A stretch of 63,100 nucleotides of DNA, filler included, from Catajapyx aquilonaris (Eukaryota): assembly GCA_000934665.2 (NCBI GenBank). It is 3 parts of 3 records of this genome, joined end to end, with 100 filler letters (N's around TTAATTAATTAA, not from the genome) between each part and the next. Parts side by side here need not be neighbours in the genome. Positions count along the whole stretch, not along the records: positions 1 to 20,946 come from JYFJ02006157.1; positions 21,047 to 42,061 come from JYFJ02006158.1; 1 more part is not named here. One strand, 5' to 3'. Of this stretch, positions 12,570 through 25,392 are shown one piece after another (position 1 is the stretch's first letter; every line of letters starts with the position of its first letter). Position numbers and translations under genes: made by a program. Below the pieces are notes generated by a model. It was not told where the DNA came from and made no database searches. It worked only from the letters and a program-made list of their open reading frames with translations.

Positions 12570-15325
12570 ATGGAGCAGGGATTTGAGAAGGCAGTCTCAA
12601 CCAACCTTCCGGAGGTAGACAGTGTGATGGTGGGGGACTACCTCAGTCGTCACCCGTACCTGACAACAGCCGAAATGAGGGGCGTAAAGGTGGCAAGGTA
12701 TGCATACTGGACATTGAGAAATACTGTATTCAGCAATAAGGATACAGAGCTTTTTATCTCAAATGGTTAGTTTCACAGGAAAAGCATAGAGAAGACTGTT
12801 CTGTTCAGGAAAGGCGCTAAAGCTTGACAGATTTAGATTTTTTGACAACTTTATCCCGTAACCTGTGGCGAAGTCAGCTCACTGCCAGTTAATTTCAAAT
12901 CGGAGACCCTACTTATCCCCATATATGTATAGCTGAAAGTTTGTACATATATTTTATGTCACGCCTAATTAAGCCACTTCCCGGGTACGGAGAGCGCTCA
13001 AATTGGGCTCAAATGAGGGCAACTGTGCTCACATTTCTTTTTTGCCTTGTGACAACATTCCATGTAAATGCATCCATCTGTCCATGGCAGACATTGTCAA
13101 GATCAACAATCAAGAAAGGTCGTCGCGAAGCAAAAAGAAATGTAAGCAACTGGGGCGACAGTTAGGTGGGAGGTTAGGTTAGGTTGGTAACATAAATATC
13201 CACCATAACCATGCACAGTGATAAACCACCACCCAGTCCCACAGGAGCTAGCCTTGCTAATCTAGCCTGACTCATCATAATTATATTTGCTAATCAAAAT
13301 CTATAATGAAACCCTTGGTAAAGTTATTTCATGTGGTTGGATTGACATTTCATTATTTGAGCGCCCACCTCTCCCTTTATTTATTGTGCTCTGCAATAGC
13401 ACGTACGGTAACCGACATGATGTCACAGCAGAATACCCATATACCTCCCACCACAATGGCTTGAAGCTACACATTTATGATTGATACCAATTTGCGGTCT
13501 CTTGTAACATTGTAAGCAACTTCTTATGACAATCACCAGTTTGTCACATTCACTTTCTTCTACATGTTATTGCGTAAGCATCCTTTTATTACAACCCAGC
13601 CATCCTCATGCACATGTAAAAAAATACTCTGTTGGATTTTAATTACGGTATATTTTTGCATGTTCCACCACTAGGGCTGGAGATAAAAGCTATGGAGATG
13701 CAGCCATTGGCTACGTACAAGTGCAAAGAAATGCAACTTTATGCACTGTCCGGGGAAAAGTTTGTCCGCAGACTAAGTGCAGGGATAAGCCCTACAATGT
13801 GATTGTAGTGGTGGATGAGAAGGACAGCCAAGTTGTCAGCGCGAAGTGCACTGACTGCATTGCAAGTGAAGGTACGCACACCCTATTTTTGTCAACATTC
13901 TGCCATGAAAACCATCTGTAAATGAAAACAGGAGTTTAAAAATTAAAAAGGATATCAAAGTACTCATTAATTTAATCAGCAAAATATTTCAAATTACAAA
14001 AATTGGATATGATCCGATAAGTACTACCCATACATGATCTCCTTACAGGTGAATGCAAGCATATGTTTATTTAATTACAATGAGATTTTACACAAGTGAC
14101 TGTGAATCCACTTGATTGAAAGAGTAAATTACAAAAATTGTATCCGACCCAATGCAAAATGCTCATAAGTTATCTCTTCACAGGTGGATGCAAGCACATG
14201 GTGGCCTTCCTCATGTGGCTCCATCGCAGGAGTGAAGAGCCTGCCCCTACAGAGGTAGATTGCTACTGGAAGAAGCCAGCCCTTGCAGTTGCAGTAACTA
14301 GTAAGCGCTGTGTCACTGCCACAGATCTTGGCTCCAGCAGAGCAAAGAAGCGCAATGTCCCTAGGACGACCTCCCAAGATGGCCTCTTCCTTCAAGAGGT
14401 CATCAGGCAAGGAAGTGTGAGCAATGAGCTGGTGAAGCACTACAGGGAGCCAAGTCCTATTGACCAAGTTTCCGTGCACACGATGCTCTACACCTTCAAG
14501 GAAAAGAGCACAACTCATTTAGCCAATGAGTTCCTTGATTTCTGCAGCACAGTGATGGAAAGCAAGCTGTGCAATGAAGCAACAGTTGCTACAACAGGAC
14601 AAGCAAAATCGACCGAATGGTTTAAACTCAGATATGGTCGAATAACAGCTTCCACTGTCTATGATGCAGCCCACTGCCACACTACAGGCACGTTAGCTGA
14701 AAAGATCCTTGGAGCTTCACAGGTGATTAGATAATCTAGAGATTTTATGTTGACTATTAATCCTTTGGTCACTGAACAGAACAACCCTGGTTAATATAAC
14801 TGAAGTCATCACCAAATGAAAATAATTTCTGTATGTACAAATAGGTAAACATTGCAAACTAACAAATTCCTTGGATCCTCTCAGGCATTCTCATCACCAG
14901 CCATGGAGAGAGGGAAGCGGCTCGAACCAATGGTGCTGAAGGTCCTTGGAAAGCAGTTGGGTGTAACTTTACACAAATGTGGCTTACTGCTCAAGACGGA
15001 GCTGCCTATTTTTGGAGCTTCTCCAGACGGAATTACCAGCGAATTCATTGTAGAAGTGAAGTGTCCTTCCATTGAGGAAACATACAAGAGATACTTCACC
15101 AGCCAGGGGTCACCAACCCCAAATGTTTATGCACAAATGCAACTTCAAATGCATATGGCAGGGAAGAAGAAGGGCGTGTTTTGTGTTGCAAATGCAGATT
15201 TTGAGACGTCAAAAAACATCACTCACATCTTGGTGGACTACAATGATGATCATGCAATGGAACTGATAACTGATGCAACTTTGTTCTGGAAAACTCACAT
15301 TTTTCCAATAATGATACAACAATAA
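12570..15325 (+). CDS. SWIM zinc finger + YqaJ/lambda-exonuclease protein, 4 exons (12570-12697, 13675-13871, 14184-14722, 14885-15325)
   Basis: In-phase GT-AG introns; YGDAAIGYVQ motif; SWIM CTDCIASEGGCKH; YqaJ motifs WFKLRYGRITAS, GASPDG, VEVKCP, YAQMQLQM; AATAAA at the stop. Confidence 0.9.
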
Positions 15326-15403
15326 AATGTGCCTCCAACATTTCAAGTCAAGTTATATGTTGCCATATGTTATACTGTATGTTGGTGATCTAATACTATT
15401 GCA

Positions 15404-17553
15404 CTACTTCACTAGGGGACCTTGCATATTGATGAGACCTCCTGCTATATTCACAGCAAAATCAGTGCATGGCACCAAGTGACAGTCAATACAAGAATAG
15501 GGCATCAGCATGTTAAACTCCCTGAAGCGCCTGACGACTCTTTCAATATGGACTCGCAAGCTGGCAACCTGCCTGCACAACCTTGCTTCTGCCTTGCTCA
15601 TCTTCTCCCCTGGTACTACACTTGGAGGACGAACAAGTGAACACCCCTTGGCATGTAACAGGCCCCCCACATGCTTGAATCCTCTGTCAGCCATTACAAC
15701 TGATCCAGGGGTCAGACAATCCAAGTACCCACAAATTTCAAATAGATGTGTGTCAGCTATCCGCCCTCCATAACCTTGCGACACAAAGTTCACGACGCCA
15801 TTAGGTGTGGTGGACACAAGGTACTTTAACGTGTTCGCCTTCTTGTAGTCGGACCACGTCAAAGCTTGAAGGACAGGGTTAGAGGGCTTCTCAATTTGAA
15901 TTTCAAAGCCATCAATTAAAGACTGGACATTACTGTAACGAGCCCTGAAAGGAATGGGCAAAAGCCTATGGATGGACTCCTTGTCAGGCCAAACAATAAG
16001 CTCTTTCATGTAGTCGGATATTAGAGCCACATATGTCTTAAATACCCTCCCTGCTTGACTTTCGGAAATTCCAAATTCAATCCCTAAGATTGCAAAAGGC
16101 TCACCCAGCCGTATCTTCCTAAGCACCAGAGCCACAATATCCCTAGGCAATAACCAGCGTCCCTTGAAAGAAATTCTTGCAGCCAAAGTGTCCAAAATAA
16201 ACAAACTATTCTCTGGCACACCCAGATATAGCCTACTGTGCTTGTTGTGCAAGGAGCGAACTCTTTCTAAACTGGTACTTCTCATTTGCAAATCTTCGAT
16301 GTTTGATTCACCGCTCTCACTATCATCCATCTCATCGTCATCACCTGTGAAGCCACTCCAACCAGATTCATCAGTACTGCTAATAGTCTCAGTGCCGGTC
16401 TGCTCATCATCGCTGCTCGAGTCAGAAGTGTGATCAGCATCAAGTTTTCGTTTTTTGGTGGGGAATTTAATAGGTGATAGGGATGCATCTGATGTTTGCG
16501 CCTTACAGAGGTTCACTTGCGATGTCTTGCTACGGTATGATGGCTTGACATGGGGGAGGCTAGGTGCTTTGTCTGTGGCAGAACACGAGGGCATTTCCTT
16601 GTCAGCAACACCTGCAAATGAGAATTTGAAATGTTTACTGTCACCATCATATCGAAAGGTTTTTTTTCCATCCCTGTAACCTCATTCTGAACTGCTGAGA
16701 ATTTGTCAAAAGAAAACACTGCGGCAGTCATCTAGCGCCATTTTGATGGATTTTCAGGTCACTTGAAGAGCCAAAAACCTGGATGTGTCATTATTCGGAA
16801 CCTATTACAACTTCCCCAAATGTCAATGAAATGTTTTGTGCTGCTTCACACATATTCTGAGCATGACAGAGGTAAATGTTTAACCCTGAATTTAAAAAAT
16901 CCCCTGAAGTTGCACTTGAGGCACATAACTTACTGTGTTTTTGCTTTTGGGGGCAGATATGGTGATGCAGCTGTTGTAGGCCTATAAGCAGGCAGCAACA
17001 TGCATACCTTGAATCAGGAATGTGTTTAAACTCACATGTTTGTTGTGAAGTGCTGCCAGATGTACTTGAGTCTGCGCCACTGAAACCTGGCTGGCAGTCA
17101 AATACATGTGGTATGATGTGTGGCTTCAATCTGGGTCGAACCCCCATCATCTTGACCTGGAGAAAGTTTTCTGCATCTTCTTCCAGCTGTAAATAATTTA
17201 GTGATATTATTTTGATGTATTCGACTCTGACGGTCTATTCTCAATAATGTGCAGTAGGACTTAATAGTATCACATCAAGGAGGTGTGGTTATCTAGTGGC
17301 TATTGCCACAGACTGCGGATCTGGTGAGGAGCACTGAGCTCCCAGGCCAGGTTTGACGTCCCAAGCAAAAACCCTGTATGTGTAGTTTTTGTCATATCGA
17401 GATAATTGCATTTGAAGTTGGACTTTGCACTGCAATATGCACATCCCCTCCTGACACTGCAAGAGGCAGTGGCCACAATATATAAAATTTCCGCATCTAC
17501 CATACATAACAAAAACAATAACTGTCCCGCATTAAAAGGTCCAACTACCTTAA

Positions 17554-17624
<71 letters not shown>

Positions 17625-18094
17625 GACTACCTTCATTTGTGACTTGCATAATATAATGGAGCACATACTTTAAAGTGATCCTCACAGCAGCGCAGCTGTG
17701 TACTGTCGCTGGGTGGCAGTGGGCGGTAATCATCCCTCTGGCAGGCCTCAAGCCACCGCCTTCTTGCATCCACATTTTTCACACCAGGCACAGAGAAGAA
17801 CACCTTCTCTGGATTTCTTTTGATGTGGTTCATGCATGTGGGAACAATGCATTTGTCCTTAATGTTAACCCCAACCGTCTTATGACGCTTGCCATCACCC
17901 CCAGCTGGCTTGTCATCACCTCCATCCATCCCTATTCCTCTCTGGCAGGTCAAGCCAGCATCCAACGCGTTGATCTGTTGAATTTCAAAGACGACTTTGA
18001 TGTATGTGCAACTACAGTAGGCGAGCGAGTGAGACAGCATAGCAGATATGCACTTACCGCTAAACCGCTCACGCTGCTTCACTCCCTCCGGCAC
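15404..18094 (-). CDS. THAP-domain DDE_Tnp_4 transposase, multi-exon (catalytic exon 16611-15404; THAP exons ~17975-17669 and from 17186; other exons uncertain)
   Basis: THAP CIVPTC...W...CCEDHF joined to ...LKPHIIPHVF; catalytic motifs LIDGFE, MADRGF, RVHIERVVR. Confidence 0.85.
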
Positions 18095-18929
18095 ACAGTG
18101 GGGTGGGTTGGCAGGTCGGTTCGCCCCGGGGCGACCTGACCGCCCTCCAAACCGAGCTCTGGACCGGACACTTACTCAAACGCACACGCAGGCACCAGGA
18201 ATATCTTACAACGGCTTACAACAGCGAACAAATTTACGACCCTGCCGGGGCGCGTTCTATAACACCATTTTTGCCTTCATTTCACTTCGCGTGACGTCAA
18301 CATCTTCTAGGGAAACAGTGACGTCACCATTTCCCTACATAAAAACCCCAATTACTCCGGAACGGGAACTGATATCTGAAAACGGAATATGCCAAAAAAA
18401 TCCAAAAAATATGGGCGAATTTATTATGTAGTTTCCAAAATGAAGGCTAGTTCCCCATTGGTTGCACTCTGTCTCAAAAATTTGAAGACGGTGTTCATCC
18501 ACTTGCCTACATAAGTAGACAGTTGTCGAAACCGGAAATGAATTACTCCACAACCGAAATAGAATCTTTGGGAGTAGTATGTGGTATCAACGTGTTGCCA
18601 TCTCCATGGACGGAGGTTCACGGTAATAACAGACCACGTTTCACTCAAGTGGTTGCTGTCTCTGAAAGATCCTTCGTCTCGTTTGGCTCGCTGGAGTCTA
18701 ACTCTTCATGAGTATGAATTCGAGATTGTCCACAAGGCAGGCACGCCTTTACCTCCTGTAGACGCTCTGCCCAGGATTCCTATCCGTTACTATCCGTTAC
18801 GTCACATTGTAATGCCCAGGATGTTATTCAATTGTTTCATTCATGTTTGTTGTTCTCGTTCAATGTCATTCAATTGTTTTATTCTTGTTGATCGTTCTTG
18901 TTCAAAGAGTTCTGCTGTATTATATATAC

Positions 18930-19163
18930 ACCTAGAGGAGGTACTCGGCCTGAAATGTGAGGCAGGCAACAATGCAGGCAACAATATGACCTCCAACAAG
19001 ATGGCGGACGCCTGACATTATTGAACTAATTGTCGCCCAGTTGTCATTATTGGTTGTTGTACCAGTTGCTAGACAACTGTTAGAACAACAATATGACCTC
19101 CAACAAGATGGCGGCTGCCTCAGCCTGTCTAATGGAAAAGGATAGGGAGTACCTCCTCTAGGT
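18930..19163. mobile_element. MITE with 17-bp TIR
   Basis: ACCTAGAGGAGGTACTC / GAGTACCTCCTCTAGGT; internal duplicated CAAGATGGCGG. Confidence 0.6.
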
Positions 19164-19860
19164 ATTATATTATATAACTAGGAAAACCCTCGCTCCGCTC
19201 GTATTTTCCTAGGGCGCTGGCCTAGAAAACCGCTCGCTTCGCTCGCTCTTTTCTAGGCCTACGGCCTACAGTACCGGTACCCACCACATTTTCAATCTCT
19301 TCGGACTTATTGCCAGTGATGATGCCAATCATATCCACATCCCCCACCCTCACCCGTTCCTCCATGCATTCACATATCCGTGATTCCCTATCCTGCGACC
19401 AATCTGCAATCCCACCTTTGCATTGGCTGGGAAATATGCATATACCCATACCTTTGCAATAAAAAAAAACATTTATTATTGTATGAACAGAAATTCACAA
19501 CCTGTACCGCCTCTACTCGCATGCACTCGCACACATGTATCTAAATTACCCTCACGGCATATTCCCAAGATGGGGTTACCAGCGATGACCAGGTACAATC
19601 CACCTGACTATCTGACCTGACACATGTATCTAAATAATTATTTATATGCACCCTTTCGGACCGCGTTTTTCTAACTGCTCATAACTTCCCTTTATTATAA
19701 TCAGCCAATGGAACTTATGGTGTTATGGCAGTGTCTGTATTAGATCAGTGGTTCCCAACCTGGGGGTCGCGAAGCCTTCTACGTGGGGGTCGAGGGTGGC
19801 CGCGATTATTTTAATAAATTAAAAAATAACAACAATTTAAAAAATAATATTAGGTTAGAT

Positions 19861-20437
19861 CAGCGGTTTTCAAACTGGGGTACGCGAAAAGAACTTTGGG
19901 GGTACGCGAAAGATTTCGTGCAATGGCGTCCGTTGTGTACATTTGTGGGGAAAAAAATGGACAAAAATATGGGAAAAACAAACCTATCGACTGACTGTGG
20001 AAAACGACTGCGTGAGACTCCAATTGACGTCACTAACTTGACCACCAAACATTGACCACTTGTGCGCAAGCAAGCAACCAGACACATCACACTAACTGGT
20101 AATTAGTGCTCACAATTACGTTTTATAAATTATGGGCCGAATTCAGAGAGGTTGCTTAACGTAAACGCGCCCGATTAAATCCTTTAGGCATCCTCGATTA
20201 ACAAATTTAAAAGTGCTAGCAAGTGCGATTAGGGGGCGTTTAGCGCTAATCGCCGTCTTTGTATTAGCAGGTTGATTAAATTTGCTAATCGAGGCTGACT
20301 AAAGAATTTAATCGGGCGCGTTTACGTTAAGCAACCTCTCTGAATTCGGCCCTATATGGTAGGATGAAAATGGGGGTACAAACTGTCTTGACAAATTTAA
20401 AAAGGCGTACGCGGCGAAAAAAGTTTGGGAAGCCCTG
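19861..20437. mobile_element. hAT-like MITE containing a nested palindromic MITE
   Basis: Termini CAGCGGTTTTCAAAC / GTTTGGGAAGCCCTG. Confidence 0.5.
20134..20352. mobile_element. Harbinger-like palindromic MITE
   Basis: Long TIR GGGCCGAATTCAGAGAGGTTGCTTAACGTAAACGCGCCCGATTAAA; 3-bp TAT on both flanks. Confidence 0.8.
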
Positions 20438-21180
20438 GTATGGGTTAGATGATCAAAAACTGGCTTAATTCTTCCGCCACTTTCTTTTGACGTTCTCGGC
20501 CTATCCCCGGGTTCAGTGTAGATTATCGCGGCTAATCCTGCTTACCAACTCTTCCCACTGGGGATGCCAGTAGACTGCCGTCAGATGTGAGAGGACCGTA
20601 TTACTCAATATCCACTTGCGCCGAGAAAAGTTAAAGCAAGTGTTACCGAAAGCATCCAAGAGGTGGCGTTGGGGGAAAAAGGAACGGCGTCCCAACTCCA
20701 CCTGTTGGGTGCTTTTGGTACCACTGCTGTTTTTCTCGCCGCAAGGGGAAGTGGCCAAAAACCGAAATTTACTTTACTTTGTTCATAAACGTCCACGTAG
20801 TTATTGGCACCACTGATAATAATCAACATCTCGACCTTGGCCAATATTTGATTAGGTTTGTTTACGGCACGTTCCATTTTCCTCCTTCCTCTCCCCCTCC
20901 CCTGATGTGAGGTCACCGTGAAGACGTGCGGGCGGAGGATGGTGGCNNNNNNNNNNNNNNNNNNNNNNNNNNNNNNNNNNNNNNNNNNNNTTAATTAATT
21001 AANNNNNNNNNNNNNNNNNNNNNNNNNNNNNNNNNNNNNNNNNNNNCGGTGTTCTTTTTAGCTCGCGCCGTAACCATGGCGACAGAACGCAGGTAACTTG
21101 TTTACTGCAAGTACTTGCAGGCGGGAGTTCATTTTACAGCCCTTAGTATTTAAAAATGCTCATTACCCAACATTTTAATT

Positions 21181-21640
21181 ATGAAAATCCGTAAAATAAT
21201 ATATGTGCCTGATTCATCACAAGTTATAATTTCAACATACCAACAAGATTTGGAAGTTATGCAGGATTCAACAAAATATAATTACTATCAAGAACTAATT
21301 CCAGATTACGGAGCGGCCCAACACCTCCTTTACTCCCTCCCCCTCACACAGGTCAGACTGATATCAAATCTCCGCAATATGTCAGTGTCATTTTATGTAC
21401 TAGATTATAACTTCAGTTTCCCCCAGGATGAGTTGTGCACATTATGCAATAGTAACGCTGAATGGATGCTGTACCACCTAATCTATGAGTGTTACTTTTT
21501 CCAAGCGATAAGAAACAGTTCATTCTAGCAGATACCATTGTTGCCTGTAAACAAAGTGCATACCGGTACCCTGTTTCGTCAGATGCCAATTTATGCCATA
21601 CAGAAACTGTATAATTTTGTTGTGGTGCGATACTTGAAAT
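21181..21640 (+). pseudogene. LINE ORF2 3' end with CCHC zinc knuckle
   Basis: RLISNLR...LCTLCN...YHLIYEC...AIR. Confidence 0.6.
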
Positions 21641-21826
21641 TTTGTGATATTGTATAACGTTGTAACTCGGCGGAAAGAAAATTGCTGTAAAATGTACTTA
21701 AGAGAGGTCACCCTTAAAACACCAATAGGTGTCCAGAAGGGAAATAAACATTCAACATTCATTCAGTCCCTCTTCCCCATCGAACCCACCCTTACTATGC
21801 CACTGCCTGTAGTAGTCTACCTTATA

Positions 21827-22383
21827 CAGGGTGCTCAAAAACTCGCGGAAAGTCGCCAGGTAGCCTGATAGGACTCGCAAAACTAATATAGGAATGGGGA
21901 AGTAGTTTTGGGCTAACTTGCATAGTTTTTGCGTACGACGCCTTCAAGATTTCGGCAGTTTCATGACGTCACATCCGCCTTGAGGCCCCCATTGCGTCAT
22001 CATACATCTTGTTGTGGCTGTTGCCATTGGCACTGATTATTGGTGCGAATATTGTCAACTGTGATTGTTGCGAAATAAACAACGGTATCTGTGGCCAGTC
22101 GACACCTCAATTGCCAGACTGAAATCGTTGTTTATTTCTCAACAATCACAGTTGACAATATTCGCAACAATAATCAGTGCCAATGGCAACAGCCACAACA
22201 ACATGTAGGATGACGCAATGGGGGCCTCAAGGCGGATGTGACGTCATGAAACTGCCGAAATCTTGAAGGCGTCGTACGCAAAAACTATGCAAGTTAGCCC
22301 AAAACTACTTCCACATCCCTATATTAGTTTTGCGAGTCCTATCAGGCTACCTGGCGACTTTCCGCGAGTTTTTGAGCACCCTG
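21827..22383. mobile_element. Tc1/mariner-type fold-back MITE (557 bp)
   Basis: TA|CAGGGTGCTCAAAAACTCGCGG...CACCCTG|TA; near-perfect palindrome over almost the whole length. Confidence 0.9.
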
Positions 22384-25314
22384 TATTTTTCCAACATCAT
22401 GTAGATAAAAGTAGAGAGTATTATCACGGGGTAATAAAAAAAGAAAAAAAGTAGACACATATGAGGAATATCAACTTTTGCTAATGTTAGGCAATGATTT
22501 ACTTCTACAAAAAATACTTGTTATCACATAAAAACTAATCCTTTGAAACCCCCGTCACAAATATTGACTCGTTTCCTTGTCTGTGTCATTGGTGAGTGAC
22601 CCTTATAATATAGGCCTACTGTATTACTTCACACATCCCAGGTGTGATATGCACCTCGAAAGTATCACCCACAGGCCCGTAATTAGCTATCACTGGGGTA
22701 GTAATCTTCTTGCCATTCATAAGAATTATGCAATAACGTCTAACTTCCTTTATTGCTTTTCTCAATATCGTCACATCCCATATCCCACTACGCCACACGG
22801 AAAGAAGAGAATAATCTCCACCCGAATTCACATCCATTTGTTACCCAAAATGAAAAAAATGCAATAGATTATAAGTCTGACTCCGCCTTATTTTCCATGT
22901 CTCTGGCCACTTATACAAATCTGGGGGTGTGGTTCCCATGGTAACGTCTCCGAGGAGCAAAATGCATAAGCTAATAGGGGGCGGACCGTCCCCACCCCCT
23001 TTCCGAACCCTTTCCTCCTTCTTCCCCCTCCCATCCACCTCTTCGAGATTGCCAACGGAATTGAAGATGAAGGCGGCAGCGCTCCGACTTGATTCTCGCC
23101 GCCAGCAGGTTATTAAATAAGCCACCTCCACACTTCACAAGCCGCACTCATAATCGGTCACGCTATCGTGCAGAGAGAGAGACACACATTTCTCTAGCTA
23201 ACTTGCCAGGATTTGAGGGGAGTAGGGAAAGGGTGGAAGGGGAGAACTATAAGGGACCCCCCCCCCCCCCTCTCTCACCACCACCAAAAAAACGAGAGGG
23301 GGAGATCCAGTCGAGCATGATGGGAATTGAAACTTCACTGGAGCAGTTGAAAGGGAATCTTTTATGTCGGAAAAATGGCTGATTATTCGGCTCATTTCAC
23401 CCCAGCAAAAAGAATGCTGTTACAGTGTTTTCATGTACTTTTTCCAACTTGCCAAATACAGGCTGTTTATTAACGCTAATAAGACGGGCAGGATAAAATG
23501 CTCTCCTGGCGGCGATTTTTTTTTTCAGGGAATTGCAATAGCTATTATACAAAGTAACTTATTTCCTAGGTATATGTCTACATTTTCTATTATTTAAAAA
23601 CACAAAATTTAGTGCAGTTAAACCTGCGTATATCGGAATTGATCTGTCCTACGAAAGTTTCCCTAACAGGCCATATACTCTCTATCGGACAACTATAAAC
23701 TAGGAAAAAAAATATATGGTTCACTAACATGTAGGCTATTTGAATTGGTTCGCATCAAGTTCATATGCACTTCACACTACCGTATGTGTTCTGTTCTGCA
23801 ATGCAAGGCATTGCACCTCCTTCATTCTGGTTTCAGCGATAATATTTCAGATATGACTCCATTTCTAGTCCTGATGTATGTCAATTGGCTTATTCTTCTG
23901 ATGTTACCGCAAAGGAAGGGTTCGGTTACTACCTGGCAAGTTGGGCTCCAAAAGTCAGAAAAAAATCATTAATAGTTCAAATACTGTATATCATTAGTTT
24001 TTGAAGTTAATAAGGAAATCGAATACCGTTACTTTAAATAACTGTAATTTTTCTGTTGGCGTTACTCTGTTAACGCTTGGCAGGGAAAAAGAAAGTTGGC
24101 ATGCCCTTGTTGACTGCCGTTGTTTCGATATTGTATAGGCAATTTCGCCTATTCGCCGCTATTGGATACAAGTTGGAGCTGACTTTACAAAATAGTCCTT
24201 GACTTGAAATTTTACGCTTACGATACGTTTGTTACCAAACCCGACAACATAATACATTACTTATTTTGGAACCAGTCATTTTTTCAGACATGTGGAGCTC
24301 AACTTGCTGAATGGTCGAACCTTTCTTTTTCAGTAATGTATCGACTATCAGCTTTCAAGGGTATTAAATCTTTTATGTCCTTTGAATTAAAAAACAATGC
24401 TCGGATTTGATAAAAGGTGTTTTTACTTCACGGTTTGAAACGTATTCATATTCAAATCAATTTTCATTTCACGAGGCAACTAATTCGATTTTATTTAAAA
24501 TGCCAGATTTATCTTTTCCGCAGGATGGTCAGGGCTGACAATTCCAAGTAGGATGATACGTAGGTTCGTTGGTAGGTTCGTCCATTACTTCGCCCCGCCA
24601 GCGACTCAAATTCTGCTTTGGGTTGCTTCCTGGATTGTTCCAAAGCAAGAAGAGTGCGTCACATATGGCAACAATGACCTTTTAAACCTAAAGAAATGAA
24701 AATTAGCATGCAGATAATATGGCAACAAGGTAATGCTTATTGTATAGTAAGGGTTTTGAGCACTCTTCATGATATCGACCATGAAAATAGCTGAGCAGGT
24801 TCAAAATTTACATTGAAACCAAGGGGGTAATCACTCGACTGAAAAGTGTACACTGGAGTACCAAATTCAAGGAGTACCACGGAGTAATAAAGAGTGAGGT
24901 GCCTGAGGAGTACCAGGGAGTACCACTCCCAGGTGTACACCGGAGTACCGAAGTGATTAACCCCCTGATTGAAACAGTACGAGTAAATCTGTTTACATAT
25001 TCCGTTCCGAAGAACAGCAAATGCATTGATGATAATTTTAAGTATGTCAGTCCTCGCAACTCTCTCTGGACTATAGATGGAAATTCAAACGCTGAAGGTG
25101 AAAATACCAGTAAGAGAGTCAGGGATATCTTTTTCCGTAGCTTTCTCCCATGCTTCTTTCTGAGAGAACTGAACAATAATGCAGATCGCTTCATTTTGTT
25201 GAAGGTCATGTCCTCCGCGCAGCTAAGTCATGATTCGAATGTAAGTGTTATTCTACCTGCCAGCAATGCTCATCTGCCCCTTTTGTATGCCTGACGGATC
25301 GATGCATTAAGTTT

Positions 25315-25317
<3 letters not shown>

Positions 25318-25392
<75 letters not shown>

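Larger units (their letters stand above)
11983..18456 (-). mobile_element. ISL2EU-type DNA transposon, element 2 (6474 bp)
   Basis: Perfect 14-bp TIR GGGGAACTAGCCTT / AAGGCTAGTTCCCC; AT TSD at 11981-11982 and 18457-18458; convergent SWIM-YqaJ and THAP-DDE genes. Confidence 0.93.
11840..18790 (+). pseudogene. Ty3/Gypsy RT-connection/RNase H relic split by element 2 (11840-11982 + 18459-18790)
   Basis: Joined reading: ETAFQLLR...PVLRCPDYSKPFIYSSDSSGFA|IGCTLSQKFEDGVHPLAYISRQLSKPEMNYSTTEIE...FTVITDHVSLKWLL...RLARWSLTL. Confidence 0.88.

Noticed and set aside
12351..18266. Inner inverted match (AACGCGCCCCGG) as candidate ends of element 2
   Set aside because: No matching TSD; the outer 14-bp TIR with AT TSD restores the target frame, so this is at most a subterminal repeat.
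20947..21046. N-run with central TTAATTAATTAA (also at 42062-42161)
   Set aside because: Identical artificial scaffold spacer with stops in all frames; not biological.
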